A stretch of DNA of 63,759 nt, the filler included, from Phoronis australis (lineage: Eukaryota; Animalia; Phoronida), in the NCBI GenBank assembly GCA_002633005.1. It is 7 parts of 7 records of this genome, joined end to end, with 100 filler letters (N's around TTAATTAATTAA, not from the genome) between each part and the next. Parts side by side here need not be neighbours in the genome. Positions count along the whole stretch, not along the records: positions 46,501 to 51,736 come from NMRA01002384.1; positions 51,837 to 54,976 come from NMRA01003194.1; positions 55,077 to 58,443 come from NMRA01003063.1; positions 58,544 to 62,276 come from NMRA01002866.1; positions 62,377 to 63,759 come from NMRA01001333.1; 2 more parts are not named here. One strand, 5' to 3'. Under the pieces are notes generated by a model. That model ran no database searches and was not told the origin of the DNA. It worked only from the letters and a program-made list of their open reading frames with translations. A program made the position numbers and the translations under genes. This document shows positions 51,063 to 63,095 of the stretch, piece after piece. Each line of letters opens with the position of its first letter. Position 1 is the first letter of the stretch.

Positions 51063-53317
51063 GTAAAGAATTCTGTCCACATTCATTGAGATGCTCTTTT
51101 GTTGCGTAATAGATGCTCTGAAACATTCTCAGTCGGTAGTTGAAAATGATTGCCATGATATATGATTTATTTATGTGAAATGCTGAAGTAACGATTCCGA
51201 CCATGGCTCATAGCTAAAACTGTTTTCTTGAAATTGCCCAAGCGCTTTTGATTTTAGAACATCGTTTTTGCATTACTTTGAGACTGGCATCTTATTCGCA
51301 ATGAAATGTCAGGTTAGTTAGTATCTAGGAATAGCAATGAATTTTTTAAAGATGTATTTGCATGCTCCCAGCTATGCTAATGTATATCAGGAATTAGTGG
51401 CAATGCTATTTGAACATCATCTATGCTAAACAAAGTGCAGTTGTACTCGTGGACATATTGTAGATCTGATGTGAAAACAAAAAAATCTGCAAATAGGTGA
51501 CCTTTGCACTAACGACGTACCTTGGGGGCTCTCATAGTCCACATCATGCAGTGTTATTCCCCAACACCACATCACGATACTTACTGGGCACAGTTCAGTG
51601 ATTTACAGCGGATCATTTTCAACACAAAACTCATTCTTAAAAACATTTGGCAATTTTCAGCATACTTCATATTCACATCATCGCTATATGTTGTGTTTCT
51701 AACTAATTTGACCAAGCACTCACAGAGATAAAGAATNNNNNNNNNNNNNNNNNNNNNNNNNNNNNNNNNNNNNNNNNNNNTTAATTAATTAANNNNNNNN
51801 NNNNNNNNNNNNNNNNNNNNNNNNNNNNNNNNNNNNAGTCCCGCCAGTTGTGAAATCATGGTTTAAAGAGTCATCATGACATTTAGCGAAGGTATTTCTG
51901 CAGATGGAAAGCGAGTTGACATTGATTTTTAGACAGTTTCAAGTGCTACATTAGCTATGCATGCCTCTAGTGGCAGTTTTAGTTTTTGCATTTTCTTCAG
52001 TATCAACCAAGTTGACATTAAATGTGACACGTTCAGTGGATTATAGGGTTATTGTGCCATTTTTGTTAGTTTTTCAGTTCTAGTTCGTTTAAGGTGATTT
52101 TATGATGTTAGTTTTAGTCAATCTGTTCGTTATTTTGTTACTATATCCATGTACTCTTAACAAAGCAACATTGTTATCATATGGTTCATATTGGTTCCTA
52201 TTGTTTTGTTATAGACAACCAACTGCACACAAGTAGGAGCAAAGGATGCACGTGTTAAGAAATCTGTATTGAGAGAATATTGAGCTGTTTGTTAGTGACC
52301 CTCGTTGCTCGTGGGAAATATCACTTCTGTATAGCCTTTGACTGGATTTGTTGTCTCCATGTACAATGTGTAGTTCTGTGCATGTTGAAATGTGCACTTT
52401 TTTGTAGTACAATTTAAAATGTATTTTATGAACCTTGTTAAGATATGATATTTATAGTCTGGACAAAAGCTAAATTTGCTATTTCAAACTTTCTGTTTAT
52501 ACCTTCCTGTTAGCTCTGCTTATGGTCAAGTGTTATAGTCAGAGATGTAAACAATTTTATCTACTTTTGTGTAATAGCTATTCTGGCCTGTTTTTTAATT
52601 GGTGAGGCAATAGGGTATTTTTATAGTTGCTCACATTTTCAAAAATAAAGTCACCTAATGTCCCTTGAAATGGGTCGTGATCCTGAAATCCCCGCAAAGG
52701 AAAAACTCTGTGGTTACCACAGAGTTGCTATTGTCCCCCACTTATGATAAATGCATGCATCACAGTCAATTGCTTGAAGTCCCTTGAGGTCAAAGATCAC
52801 ATTTGCTATATAAGGGAAATGTGCAATGTCTATATTTTGCCATACCAATTGAGGAGACGTGTTTTGCCTCGTGGAAGGAGAAACGATGTGGCCAGCAGAT
52901 GACAGATCATTTTTTAAATTTGAAACTGACAGAAATGCTTTGCTGTCAACAGAAATAATAAATCTTTACGAAAGAACCCTAAACATATCTGGTAAGCATG
53001 TTTAATTCTGTTTCAGTGGCAGAGAACCATTCATTCTACTGCTACTTAGTCCGTTTGTCTCGTCCTAGTCCTCCTTAAGAATTAGATAAAAACCTAATTG
53101 ATTGCAGACGTCGGGTGCAACATCATGTAGAGAAGTGTTTTAGAGACTATGTTACTCAAAATGACTGTGTTTTGGCTTGACTAGGGGAAAACTGTATATT
53201 GAACTTTTTGCAGACAAGCCTGTCTTGGCGGACATTAGTAGAATGTCAGTTTTGGGACTAAAAATCAAATTCAAATTCCTAAGCTTGCTCTCTCATGTAT
53301 ACCCTCGGATGTGTTAA

Positions 53318-54976
53318 AGGAGCATGCCACCCAAAAAACAACCTAATTTGTATCAATTTAGTTCTACTCCATAACGACACGTACGGTTGCGTTACCTGAG
53401 ACCTGACGGCAGACGAAGGTGTTGAAATTATCCAATGACGTCATCGGTTTCACACGCAGTCTGTTCATCAGTTCACAACACGGGTTACTGGTGTCAGCTT
53501 ATCGCTTGAAGTCATCATTTAACACCAATAAATCATCAAACTTCGATGTAAAACCCTTAAAAATACACCGAGTTCTTCTAAAAACGTGTTGTTTTATTTC
53601 GCTCTTACGGATTTATTGGTATTTGGATACACCGTGGCCTACAAAGTTTGGCAGGCCAATAAGGTCCTAGCAGGAGTTTGGGGTCTGTTCAGAGATAATT
53701 TCGAAGTATTTTCCGTGAGATACAGATCTGTGTTGTTTAGACTTGTGATTTTTTGAGTTCTAAACACAAAACGCTTGTTAGCCTGGCCAATGGCTCGTAG
53801 CACGATCAGGCCCGTCGCAGCCGGGCGGATTGACTCGTTATCCCCGCCAGTGGCTCCAAAACTGATCAGACTTCACGAACATAAACCAGCCACAGTTCAG
53901 TGGAAACTAAACTTCCAGTCAAGAAAATGCTATACTAATGAGCCAAAGTAATGTGCACCTGATTATGTTGGTGAATTAACCACGAAACTGCAAATCTACT
54001 TACTCAGTCGTGGGGGGCCGCGAATTCAGGTTCCGTTTTGGCCACAGCACCGTCAGGGCAGAAGTTGTACATTGACAATCATTATTTGAGTAATATAAAG
54101 TTAAATAAAGATTCCCCTAACACCTGGCCGTGGGATGGAAATCGAGTTGTTNAACATAAACCAGCCACAGTTCAGTGGAAACTAAACTTCCAGTCAAGAA
54201 AATGCTATACTAATGAGCCAAAGTAATGTGCACCTGATTATGTTGGTGAATTAACCACGAAACTGCAAATCTACTTACTCAGTCGTGGGGGGCCGCGAAT
54301 TCAGGTTCCGTTTTGGCCACAGCACCGTCAGGGCAGAAGTTGTACATTGACAATCATTATTTGAGTAATATAAAGTTAAATAAAGATTCCCCTAACACCT
54401 GGCCGTGGGATGGAAATCGAGTTGTTTCACAACAGTTTCTGCCAGCAAACACTAAATTAGCATAAGCTCACACGGCCTAGGTGTCCCGTCAATTAGTTTT
54501 ATTGCACCTAAACCCCCGGTAACGCAGTGAATTATTCATTGTTGACTTCTCAAATCATTTGCACTCACGAACACTTCAAAGGCATTACAAATTGCATTTA
54601 ACGAGACACACTTTGTTTCAGTTTTATATAAGTATTGTTTAGGGTGAGAATAATTCATTTTGAAACAGACGGCGCCAACATGGCAACTCGCAATCCCGTC
54701 TTAGGACGAGCTAGAGCTCATCAGTCCCAACTTCGTAGGTGGATCGTTAAGTTTTACAGGCTATCACTTCGAACAGGAATACAGTGATGAAGAAATACTG
54801 AAGAGGCGCCGTGAACAAGCTCAGACAACGGAACTTATAGAGTTATTTGGTAAGCCGGCATTCCTCAGGCACTGTCGACGTCTGCAGGCCTCAGACACGG
54901 AGATGTTTCACGGCCCTCATCCTTGCTATTTTTCAGCGTACTTTTCATTCTTCACTACCGTGAGCCGCTTTCTAAG
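53318..54976 (-). mobile_element. Kolobok family A copy 3, truncated at a contig spacer
   Basis: TTAA-AGGAGCATGCCACCC start, colinear with A2 without the nested B element, and the same THAP/KolX junction. Confidence 0.88.
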
Positions 54977-55105
54977 NNNNNNNNNNNNNNNNNNNNNNNN
55001 NNNNNNNNNNNNNNNNNNNNTTAATTAATTAANNNNNNNNNNNNNNNNNNNNNNNNNNNNNNNNNNNNNNNNNNNNGAGTGTTTTATTTGCTGAAATGAT
55101 CGTAA

Positions 55106-55493
55106 AGCCTATCTTCAACGGCAACACATTTAAATTTTTTGTTCCTGCAGTATGTTAAGTGAGTCGCTCTGAGCCCACTAGTGCCATAAACTGTCAAATG
55201 TAACGAACTGTTAGACGTATTGGCTTGCTTTTGTCTATGTCACCGCGAGAATCACCTTTTAACACCCGCACGTAATGGTGTTCTATTGAGACCCCTATTC
55301 AGTACAACCTATTGTTTGTTTGTGCTGGGATCGCGCGGTGACGCAACATGGCACGAAAAGGCAGTTTCACTTATCATTTGACGGGCTCACACTTGTGTGA
55401 TTGAACTCACATTTTCTTTTTACTATGGCTTTGCTAGGACTATCTGGTTAGCCTAATACATCTAAAGTAACAAAATTCCGTTGAAGATAGGCT
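55106..55493. mobile_element. Kolobok-like MITE (388 bp)
   Basis: TIR AGCCTATCTTCAACGG / CCGTTGAAGATAGGCT, flanks GTAA and TTAA. Confidence 0.7.
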
Positions 55494-57636
55494 TTAATAC
55501 GTTCTCGGAAACGTCTGAGTGAGCCGGAGAAGCAAATGTAAAACAGACTTGTTAAAAGAAGAAAATCCAAGAGCACGTTCAAAAATGCTACTCGGTCACG
55601 AAGGAAAGCTAAACTAGTGATATCTTGTTTTCCACGTAAAGTACCTGTACATGTCTATATCTGACGAAAATGTACGTGGTATCGCCAAACTCGTAAGATA
55701 CCGCCGTTAGAGAACGTGCTCTGGGTGTAACTATCTCTTGTTTGTTACCGTGTCCATGAGAACTTTACTTTTTGTGATTTCAGATCGCAAAATCGAGCTC
55801 TTCGAATACAAAAAGAGGCATATTTATAGACTGTGGAATTCATGCGAGAGAATGGGTTACCCCGGCGACTTGCTTGAATATCATTCATCGCGTAAGTTTT
55901 AGTTATGATCAATAGCCTAGACACGGATATTCGGAAGTACATGTACGCTCATTAATTATAACAAAACTGTCCCTTGCCGTAACAGAAATTAACATTAGCA
56001 AAGGGATTTGAGTGATTTGACACCTGAGAGTGACATGAGGCTGTCAGACCCAGTTTGCCAAACTTGATGGACTTTTAGCTCTCTCTTATTAGGATGATTT
56101 TTTAAGGAATGGAAACTTAAGTTTAAGAGGAACAATTGTTCCTCTCGTGGCTAGAAAAAGTTTAAAACATACTTTGCGTAGTTCAGTAACCTGGTTTACA
56201 ATAGGCGGTTAGATAGTAGGTGGCTAAGTAAGAATTGAATGCCCCTTCAAAAGTTTCCCATGGATGTTCTTGTTATTATGGATGTTAAAATTACATGTCT
56301 CCACGGTTTGTCAGTGGATATCTGCAACCCCTCGTAGCACCAGTTTCAATAAGTAATTGTTGTCTGGTTGTATCTATTGAGTTGGAACTCTTTGTTTTCG
56401 TATTTAATGTGGTTCATCTAGTTGCATCACAAGTGACACAGTCAATGACTGAATGGCATTCATTGATTGTTTCAATGGATGGGTTCTCCGCCGCTCACTT
56501 GATTTATTCTCATTTAAAGTTTGGGAATTCGGTGTTGCCGAATTTGCGCTGACTGGCAATAACACACGGCGTAGCCACTTAAGTATTGAATTAAATCTGT
56601 TTAGTCTAAAGCTCTAATGGGAGACTTCATTCTGGCTTTTCACTTAAAGCGGTTTTAAAAATGGCGCACATCACAAAAATTAACTTTCCATTTAGACCTC
56701 TCAACGTTATGTCGCTGCGAAAATGACTTAAGATCAGGTTTGACTGAAGTCTAAGATTTGTCTCAATTTCCAAGCTTTGAAACTTTAACATTCTGTAAGT
56801 TAGTCAAACTCAACACAGAACTTAAGTCAACCTTAAGATCTCTTTCTTAAAAAGGACTTGAGCCAAATTTAAGTTTTATCTTAAAACTTGGCTGAAATTT
56901 ATGATTTGCCTTAGCAAAGTCAGTTTTCTTGGAACGGGCCCCTGGTCTCAAGTTGTTCCTTTGTCAAATAGGGATAACTTTAGGGCTTCAAAAGAACTGG
57001 CGATTTTTAGTGTTGGAGGCCAGATTCAACCCGTCACGTCTTGTCATATTACGCGTCGACCATGGTCTCAACGAATAATGAATCATCTTGCAAACCCCAA
57101 AAAAACACCTTTTACCTGAGTAAAGGACAAATTGGAACCAATTTTATAGTGGCGGCAGGTGGTTAAAATCAAAAGCCCGTGTCGTCAGTAACTATTGATT
57201 TCGATGACCTACCGTTATAAAAGTGGTCTCAACTTGTTTCTAGTTCGGATAAGAATTGATTTTTGAGGTTACAAAAACCGACAGTTCCTTTATTCTTGAG
57301 ACCATGCTGGGACCATGAGACGAACTGCCGTTATAAGCCAACTTGTAGAGTCTGGTTTCTAGTAATTAACGGTCTGTTTGTTTTTCAAAGCCCTGAAATC
57401 ACAGCTAATTTGAGAAAGGCTCATTTTAATTCTGATTTCGTAACAATAATCGGTTTCAATCAAAAGATGATTTAGTAACTCAGTGCCCCTTCAACGTTTT
57501 GTATTTCACGACTGTTTACAGTTGTTGACTTGAGGTTGCTCACCGTAACCCGGATGTAGCACCAGGTCCCATCCAACTACACCAGCCCAAGCGATTCTTA
57601 ATACGAAAGGAATCAGTCATGGTACTATATTTTTAG

Positions 57637-57735
57637 CTCCTTACCGACACAGATTCAGAAACCACGGCTTTGCTGAGCCACTATGACTTCTATATTCTGC
57701 CAGTGGCCAATCCTGATGGTTATGAGTACTCAAGG
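57637..57735 (+). CDS. Single exon of an M14 zinc carboxypeptidase (A/B type)
   Basis: LLTDTDSETTALLSHYDFYILPVANPDGYEYSR contains the M14 PxxNPDGY motif, with TTTTAG / GTATGT boundaries. Confidence 0.85.
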
Positions 57736-58634
57736 GTATGTATACCATGTGGGTACAGTCAGACGCTCTGTCTCTTACGTTCTAGTTTGGATTTTCAAGA
57801 GATTTCGAAATGCTGTGCATTTGCTGGATATATAGAAGCATCGTCTGCTCCATACTTGTGTCTCTCACAGAAATTACAATATTAGATTATAATGCGACTT
57901 AGAATGACCAAGGACAGTCTTTTTTAATCTTGTCTATGTGTGTCGCTTGACCCCATATGGTACACAGTGTGTTCCATTCCACTGTATCAGTCGATGACAC
58001 TCTTACAGAGTTCCTGCTGCAAAATGCCGTGCACACTGGCAAATATCGTGTTTGTATGCTGACCTAATTTGTGGAGAGCTCGTTAAGATCAAAATGGCTG
58101 CACCAGGCCGCATGCTCGCACACACCCAAGATCACACAAATCGCTCGATATGTATTCAAAGCAGCTTGACTCAAGAGAGTCTTACGTCTACTCAGCTCAG
58201 CCCAGGACAGCCACAAGACAGTAGTTCCCACACGTGCTGGTTAGCATGACAGATCTGTCAATCAAAACTTTTCAAAGAATGAGATTACTGTATCATCACT
58301 GCTTTTACGAAACGTACCTGAATTATAAAATAACCACTCTCTGTTCTATTCACGTGACCTTTGCAAAAATTCTCACACCAAAATTACAGAATCTGTCGTT
58401 TAAAAACGTCATTTAAAATCCACGGAAGACAAAACTCTTTAAANNNNNNNNNNNNNNNNNNNNNNNNNNNNNNNNNNNNNNNNNNNNTTAATTAATTAAN
58501 NNNNNNNNNNNNNNNNNNNNNNNNNNNNNNNNNNNNNNNNNNNCAATCACTTATTTCTCTAACCTTTGGCCCTCGACAGCTCATGAACAAAGATTGTTTT
58601 TCTGGTGAGCTAATTGTTTATTCACAACAATTCT

Positions 58635-61160
58635 TAGTCAGGTTTGTTGGCTAATTTTGTTGAAATTATTTTGGGGAAAGTGGTAACTATACATTTTTGA
58701 AAACCTCATGGAATGACAAATCAGAAAATAATTGATTCCATTTTTGGCGGCCATCTTGGCGGCCATCTTGGATAAAATAGATATGCCCAATATTTCTGCT
58801 TTTGGGTCACTTAGAATGTTGCGTTTTAAGACTACACCTGCATTTCTCAGGTCAAAAAATTGGAAATTTTAATTTTTTGGCGGCCAAATTGGCGGCCATC
58901 TTAGATTTTTAAAAATGACGCCCGTGAAATACATTTTTCTCAGTATCTTTGCTCTTGGGTCACTTAGAATGTTAGTTTTAGTGGCTGCACCCACATTTTT
59001 GTGGTCAACAAATCTAAAAATGCAACTTATTAAATGGGAAACGTAATCAAAACCCCCTTTATTAGTAGCTACATTTTCTAAATTCATTCTTCATGTAATA
59101 CAACACATGATCACTATTTTATTTTCTTGTATATATAGTTCAGAGCTTGTTTCCTTCAAAACCCTTAAACTAAACCAGTACCTAAACAACTTATTTACGC
59201 TTAAAGAACACGAAAGTATTATTTGTATTGTCAATAGTCTTTCAAACTTTAATATCAGTCTATGGATCATTACTATAAACATCACTGTCACCAGGAACCA
59301 CATCATCATCATCATCATTATTCTAAGATCGTGCACTATACTGATATAGATTTGTGTAAGATAGGTCCGTTGATGGGCAAGAGAATTTTTGGGAAGAGGA
59401 ATTGTTTTTGCACTGGCATCTACCCATCTCAACGATAGCCTCTGGCGCCTGAAGCTCCTCAGTTGTGAGGGTTTCTGGTGGTCATCTTTGTCTTTGTAAG
59501 TTCATTCTGCAATGGGTCAAGGTACTCCTGTCGAGCAATGACTGCCTGGCCACACACTCTGGCTTGAATTAACGCCGTCAGCACATGCTGTTTCAAAGCA
59601 CCAATAGTTGGTGACCGTTTGTCACTGTCAGTCATATGTTTGAAGAAGAGGTACCATCTCAGCTCTGGGATGCTATGTGTGTCTTTAGGGGCAAAGGTGA
59701 AAAGAGGTTCACCTGTTACTTCATAAGCAGTACAAAAAGGCTGCTGTGCCTTCAAATGTATATTCAACCTCCAGAATGGGCCAGTGGTGTCTGTCCATGT
59801 AGAAGCATGGAAAGCAAGAAGAGCCTTTGCCCGGACAGCAAGGGCGGATTCAGGATTTTGAGTTGGGGGGAGGAGGGCATAGGAATAACCAGAATTTCGC
59901 CAAAAGCGCGCCACCAGCCTAAAATGTAGAGATGCTCGGGTCTCGAAGTTTTGGGTTTGTGAACCTTATTACTAAGTCGGTAATCGGAGTTTGTTCAAAG
60001 CCTATGCATTGTGAATTCGCCCCCGAGTTCCCCTGGATGCCCGCATATGCTAGTCAGCAATTTGCACCCCAAACTGCCAAATGTTATCTGGGAGAATTTT
60101 AGGATGGGCCATGCCCCTCTTGCCCCCATAAATCCGCCACTGGACAGCACCAAATATTATCCATATTGGATTCACGTTCAAAATCCCAGATGCATGGGAC
60201 TGAAGTATTACTGAGAAGCCTGTCATACTATGCAATGACGAGTACCAGTATTGTGGGACTAAAACCTCTCTTACAGCTTGAGGACTGTCCTGTTCTAAGA
60301 CGTCTGCTTCGGAAAGTTTCTGCAGAAGGTGGATTCGATTCGATTTGTCTGTGCATGACAGCATTGCCTCACTGGCAGCAAAGAATGCTCTTGGTATGAG
60401 AGTGAGTCCATAGTGGTTGATAGCATGTTTCTGGTCGAATTACCCAGCATACTACAACTCCTGTTGTTTTCGTCGCTGATCCTCAGCCTGTTTACTTCGA
60501 AACCTATCTGCCATCCGACTGTCAAAGGCAAAATGCATTTACATTGAGTAGAGGAGAGCTGGATTCCAAAGTGAACAGTAGAAATAATATCGAAATCATC
60601 AAAACATATGTCAGAAATCTCTTTTCAAATAGATATAGATTAATCTGCGTTTCTGTGCTTCCGTTAGATATTCTGAGTGTTTGTAGCTGCTATTAAAATC
60701 AGTTAGACTACCTTATCATTTTAGAAATATTGTATTAAAATTCCTTACCCCACAAAATGTGGGTCCAGCCATTAAAACTAACATTCTAAGTGACCAAATA
60801 GCAGAGATACTGAGCAAAATGTATTTTACGGGCGCCATTTTTGAAATTTCTAGATGGCCGCCAAGATGGCCGCCAAGATGGCCGCCAATAAAATTAAAAT
60901 TTCCAATACGTTGACCTCAGAACTGCAGGTGTAGCCATAAAAACTAACATTCTCAGTGACCCAAAGGCGGATATATTGGGCAAAATCTATTTTAACGGCA
61001 TCATTTTGAAAATCCAAGATGGCCGCCAAGATGGCCACCGAAAAATTGGAATCAATTATTTTTGATTCGCCATTCACTAAGGTTTCCAAAAATGTATAGT
61101 TTCCACTTTCCCCCAAAATTCCAACGAATGTTAACAATTTGGACATAGTGAACCAGACTA
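58635..61160 (-). mobile_element. Academ DNA transposon, internally deleted, long TIRs, 3-bp TSD TCT
   Basis: Termini TAGTCAGGTT / AACCAGACTA, TCT at 58632-58634 and 61161-61163, imperfect TIRs of about 400 bp with GGCGGCCATCTT repeats. Minus-strand remnant ALLAFHASTWTDTT...LRWYLF...SPTIGALKQHV...QARV resembles the XPG-like C-terminal region of Academ proteins. Confidence 0.8.
59839..60142. mobile_element. MITE nested in Academ, 5-bp TSD GACAG
   Basis: TIR CAAGGGCGGATT / AATCCGCCACTG, with GACAG at 59834-59838 and 60143-60147. Confidence 0.85.
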
Positions 61161-61831
61161 TCTAAGGACAGTCTTGATCAGTTTAGACTTCTATCAACAG
61201 AATCGAGGTATGTGTCGTCAGATATAATCACCCGTAGGCGTTTTGATCAAAATGTCTCACGTGTAGACACGTAAATTTGTTATCCTGACGGACAATAGCA
61301 AACCCACGTGGTCAAAACTACATTACATAACAGAACAGTTACATTAAACTCCTTACATGTAATTACTTATTGGAATTCATTTATTCACCCACTTCATCAG
61401 CTTACTATTATTAAAATGACTTATGCTTATTAAAATGACATGGGCAAGAAGTTGCGCGGGGCCTCAAAAGTGGGGCCCCATATATTAATTATAAATTCAA
61501 ATTCTTGGCTATCGGATTTTAATAAGAATAAGCAATTTAAATGATAAGCTGTTTTATGGCTGTACATGGAAGACATCACGTATTTACATGTATTAACCAT
61601 TTAACAACACTTAATGGTCTCAAGCATCGCAAATGGAACAGAGAAGACGCATAGCTGGCGGGTCTGAGACACCTGACCCTCGTGTGTGAGTGTTACAGTA
61701 ATCAAGGTTTCACGAGTAATGTGTGTTGACATCTCACTAAGACCCTTCCATGTGAATGCCAGAGTAGTAAACTGCTTCGCCAGAAATGTGTGTTGACATC
61801 TCACTAAGACCGTTGCATGTGAAAGCAAAAA

Positions 61832-62051
61832 TATAAAATAGTAAAACTAGTGAAACTAAAATGACGAGCGTCGGTACTAAAATATATTAAAATATCCCCA
61901 CGTATCGAGCGATGCGCTCTTTCTCAAGGGTGTGCTACAGACGAAACAGTTGACCACTCTGTAGCACACCCTTGAGAAAGAGCGTGTCACTTTTAATATA
62001 TTTCAGTACCAACACTCTTCCATTTAGTTTTACTAGTTTTACTATTTTATA
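61832..62051. mobile_element. Hairpin MITE with TA termini
   Basis: TATAAAATAGTAAAACTAGT mirrored at the right end, plus an inner perfect stem CGCTCTTTCTCAAGGGTGTGCTACAGA / TCTGTAGCACACCCTTGAGAAAGAGCG. Confidence 0.8.
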
Positions 62052-62769
62052 GTTTTTTTCGTCGGTAACTGCACGGTATTGCAACATCTATTTGAAAGCA
62101 AAAATGATCAACTGCTTCACAAGAAATGCATGTTACCATCTCGAAAAGACAATCGACACGTAGATCCTAGAGCGTCAAACTGCTTCGGGAGCAGTGCAGG
62201 TCCAATATGCTCCATCGATCATGATAAATTAACTAAATATTCACCGATATAACACGGGCTGAACGTAGACCTACAGNNNNNNNNNNNNNNNNNNNNNNNN
62301 NNNNNNNNNNNNNNNNNNNNTTAATTAATTAANNNNNNNNNNNNNNNNNNNNNNNNNNNNNNNNNNNNNNNNNNNNTATACATAGTGGTTGGATACCCCC
62401 TTCCCCAATGTGGATGCCCGGGTCCGTCGCAACGGTGGCTGAGCACCATATACAACGTCTACATGTATGGATAATTAATTCGAACGTGTTTTATATTCAC
62501 TATGAAGACAAAAAGCGAACAGTTCCATTGCTCGCATATCTGTGTCGTGCCAATGAAATGATTGTCAATCTAACTAAACTGAAAATCTAATAGGACTCGT
62601 TGTACCCACGAATCAGTTGTGAATAACATGTTCGCAACATGAACAGAATTTTTTATCTACGTTACAGCTTTGTTAGTTTCAACGAAATCTAACACGACCA
62701 TACGTACCCAATATCAGGTGCCGCAGAGGTGTTTTCAGCCTTTTTGGAGAACACCATATCAAACATAAA

Positions 62770-63095
62770 AATACAGACTGTTTCAAAGAGAGGTCAACAG
62801 CCGATCTATTGAAGTTCTTCCTCGTACGTAGCACTGAGAACGCACCGTTTTCCAGCACTTCACGTAATATTGGGTTTGCCAATTTCAACTTTTGGTAAAA
62901 CAATGTTCCCCATCTGGAGTAGTTTGGGCGGTTCAGGGCAAAGAATAATACATCTAGCTTAGTCGGAAAAATGTTGATATAGCCACTGAAGTCATTGTTC
63001 TTGAAGCATCTCTGGAGTTCTCCGTGGGCTCGCTTTATGAGAAAGACGAAGATTCCCCAAAACTGATCAGTTTTGCCAAATTTGCCATTAATCAC
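62770..63095 (-). mobile_element. Academ transposase core fragment
   Basis: GKTDQFW...NDFSGY...LFFALNRPNYSRW...GAFSVLRT..NFNRSAVDLSLKQSV resembles the Academ NYAR...FS..R...D...EQT region. Confidence 0.7.

Noticed and set aside
53878-54426. Exact 274-bp tandem duplication inside Kolobok A3
   Set aside because: The copies are identical, separated by a single N (54152) and absent from A1 and A2. This is an unmerged contig overlap.
8815-57735. Plexin, TRIM, GAT-1, MAN2C1 and carboxypeptidase as a functional cluster
   Set aside because: The genes are in different spacer-separated segments (only TRIM and GAT share one) and have no evident shared pathway.
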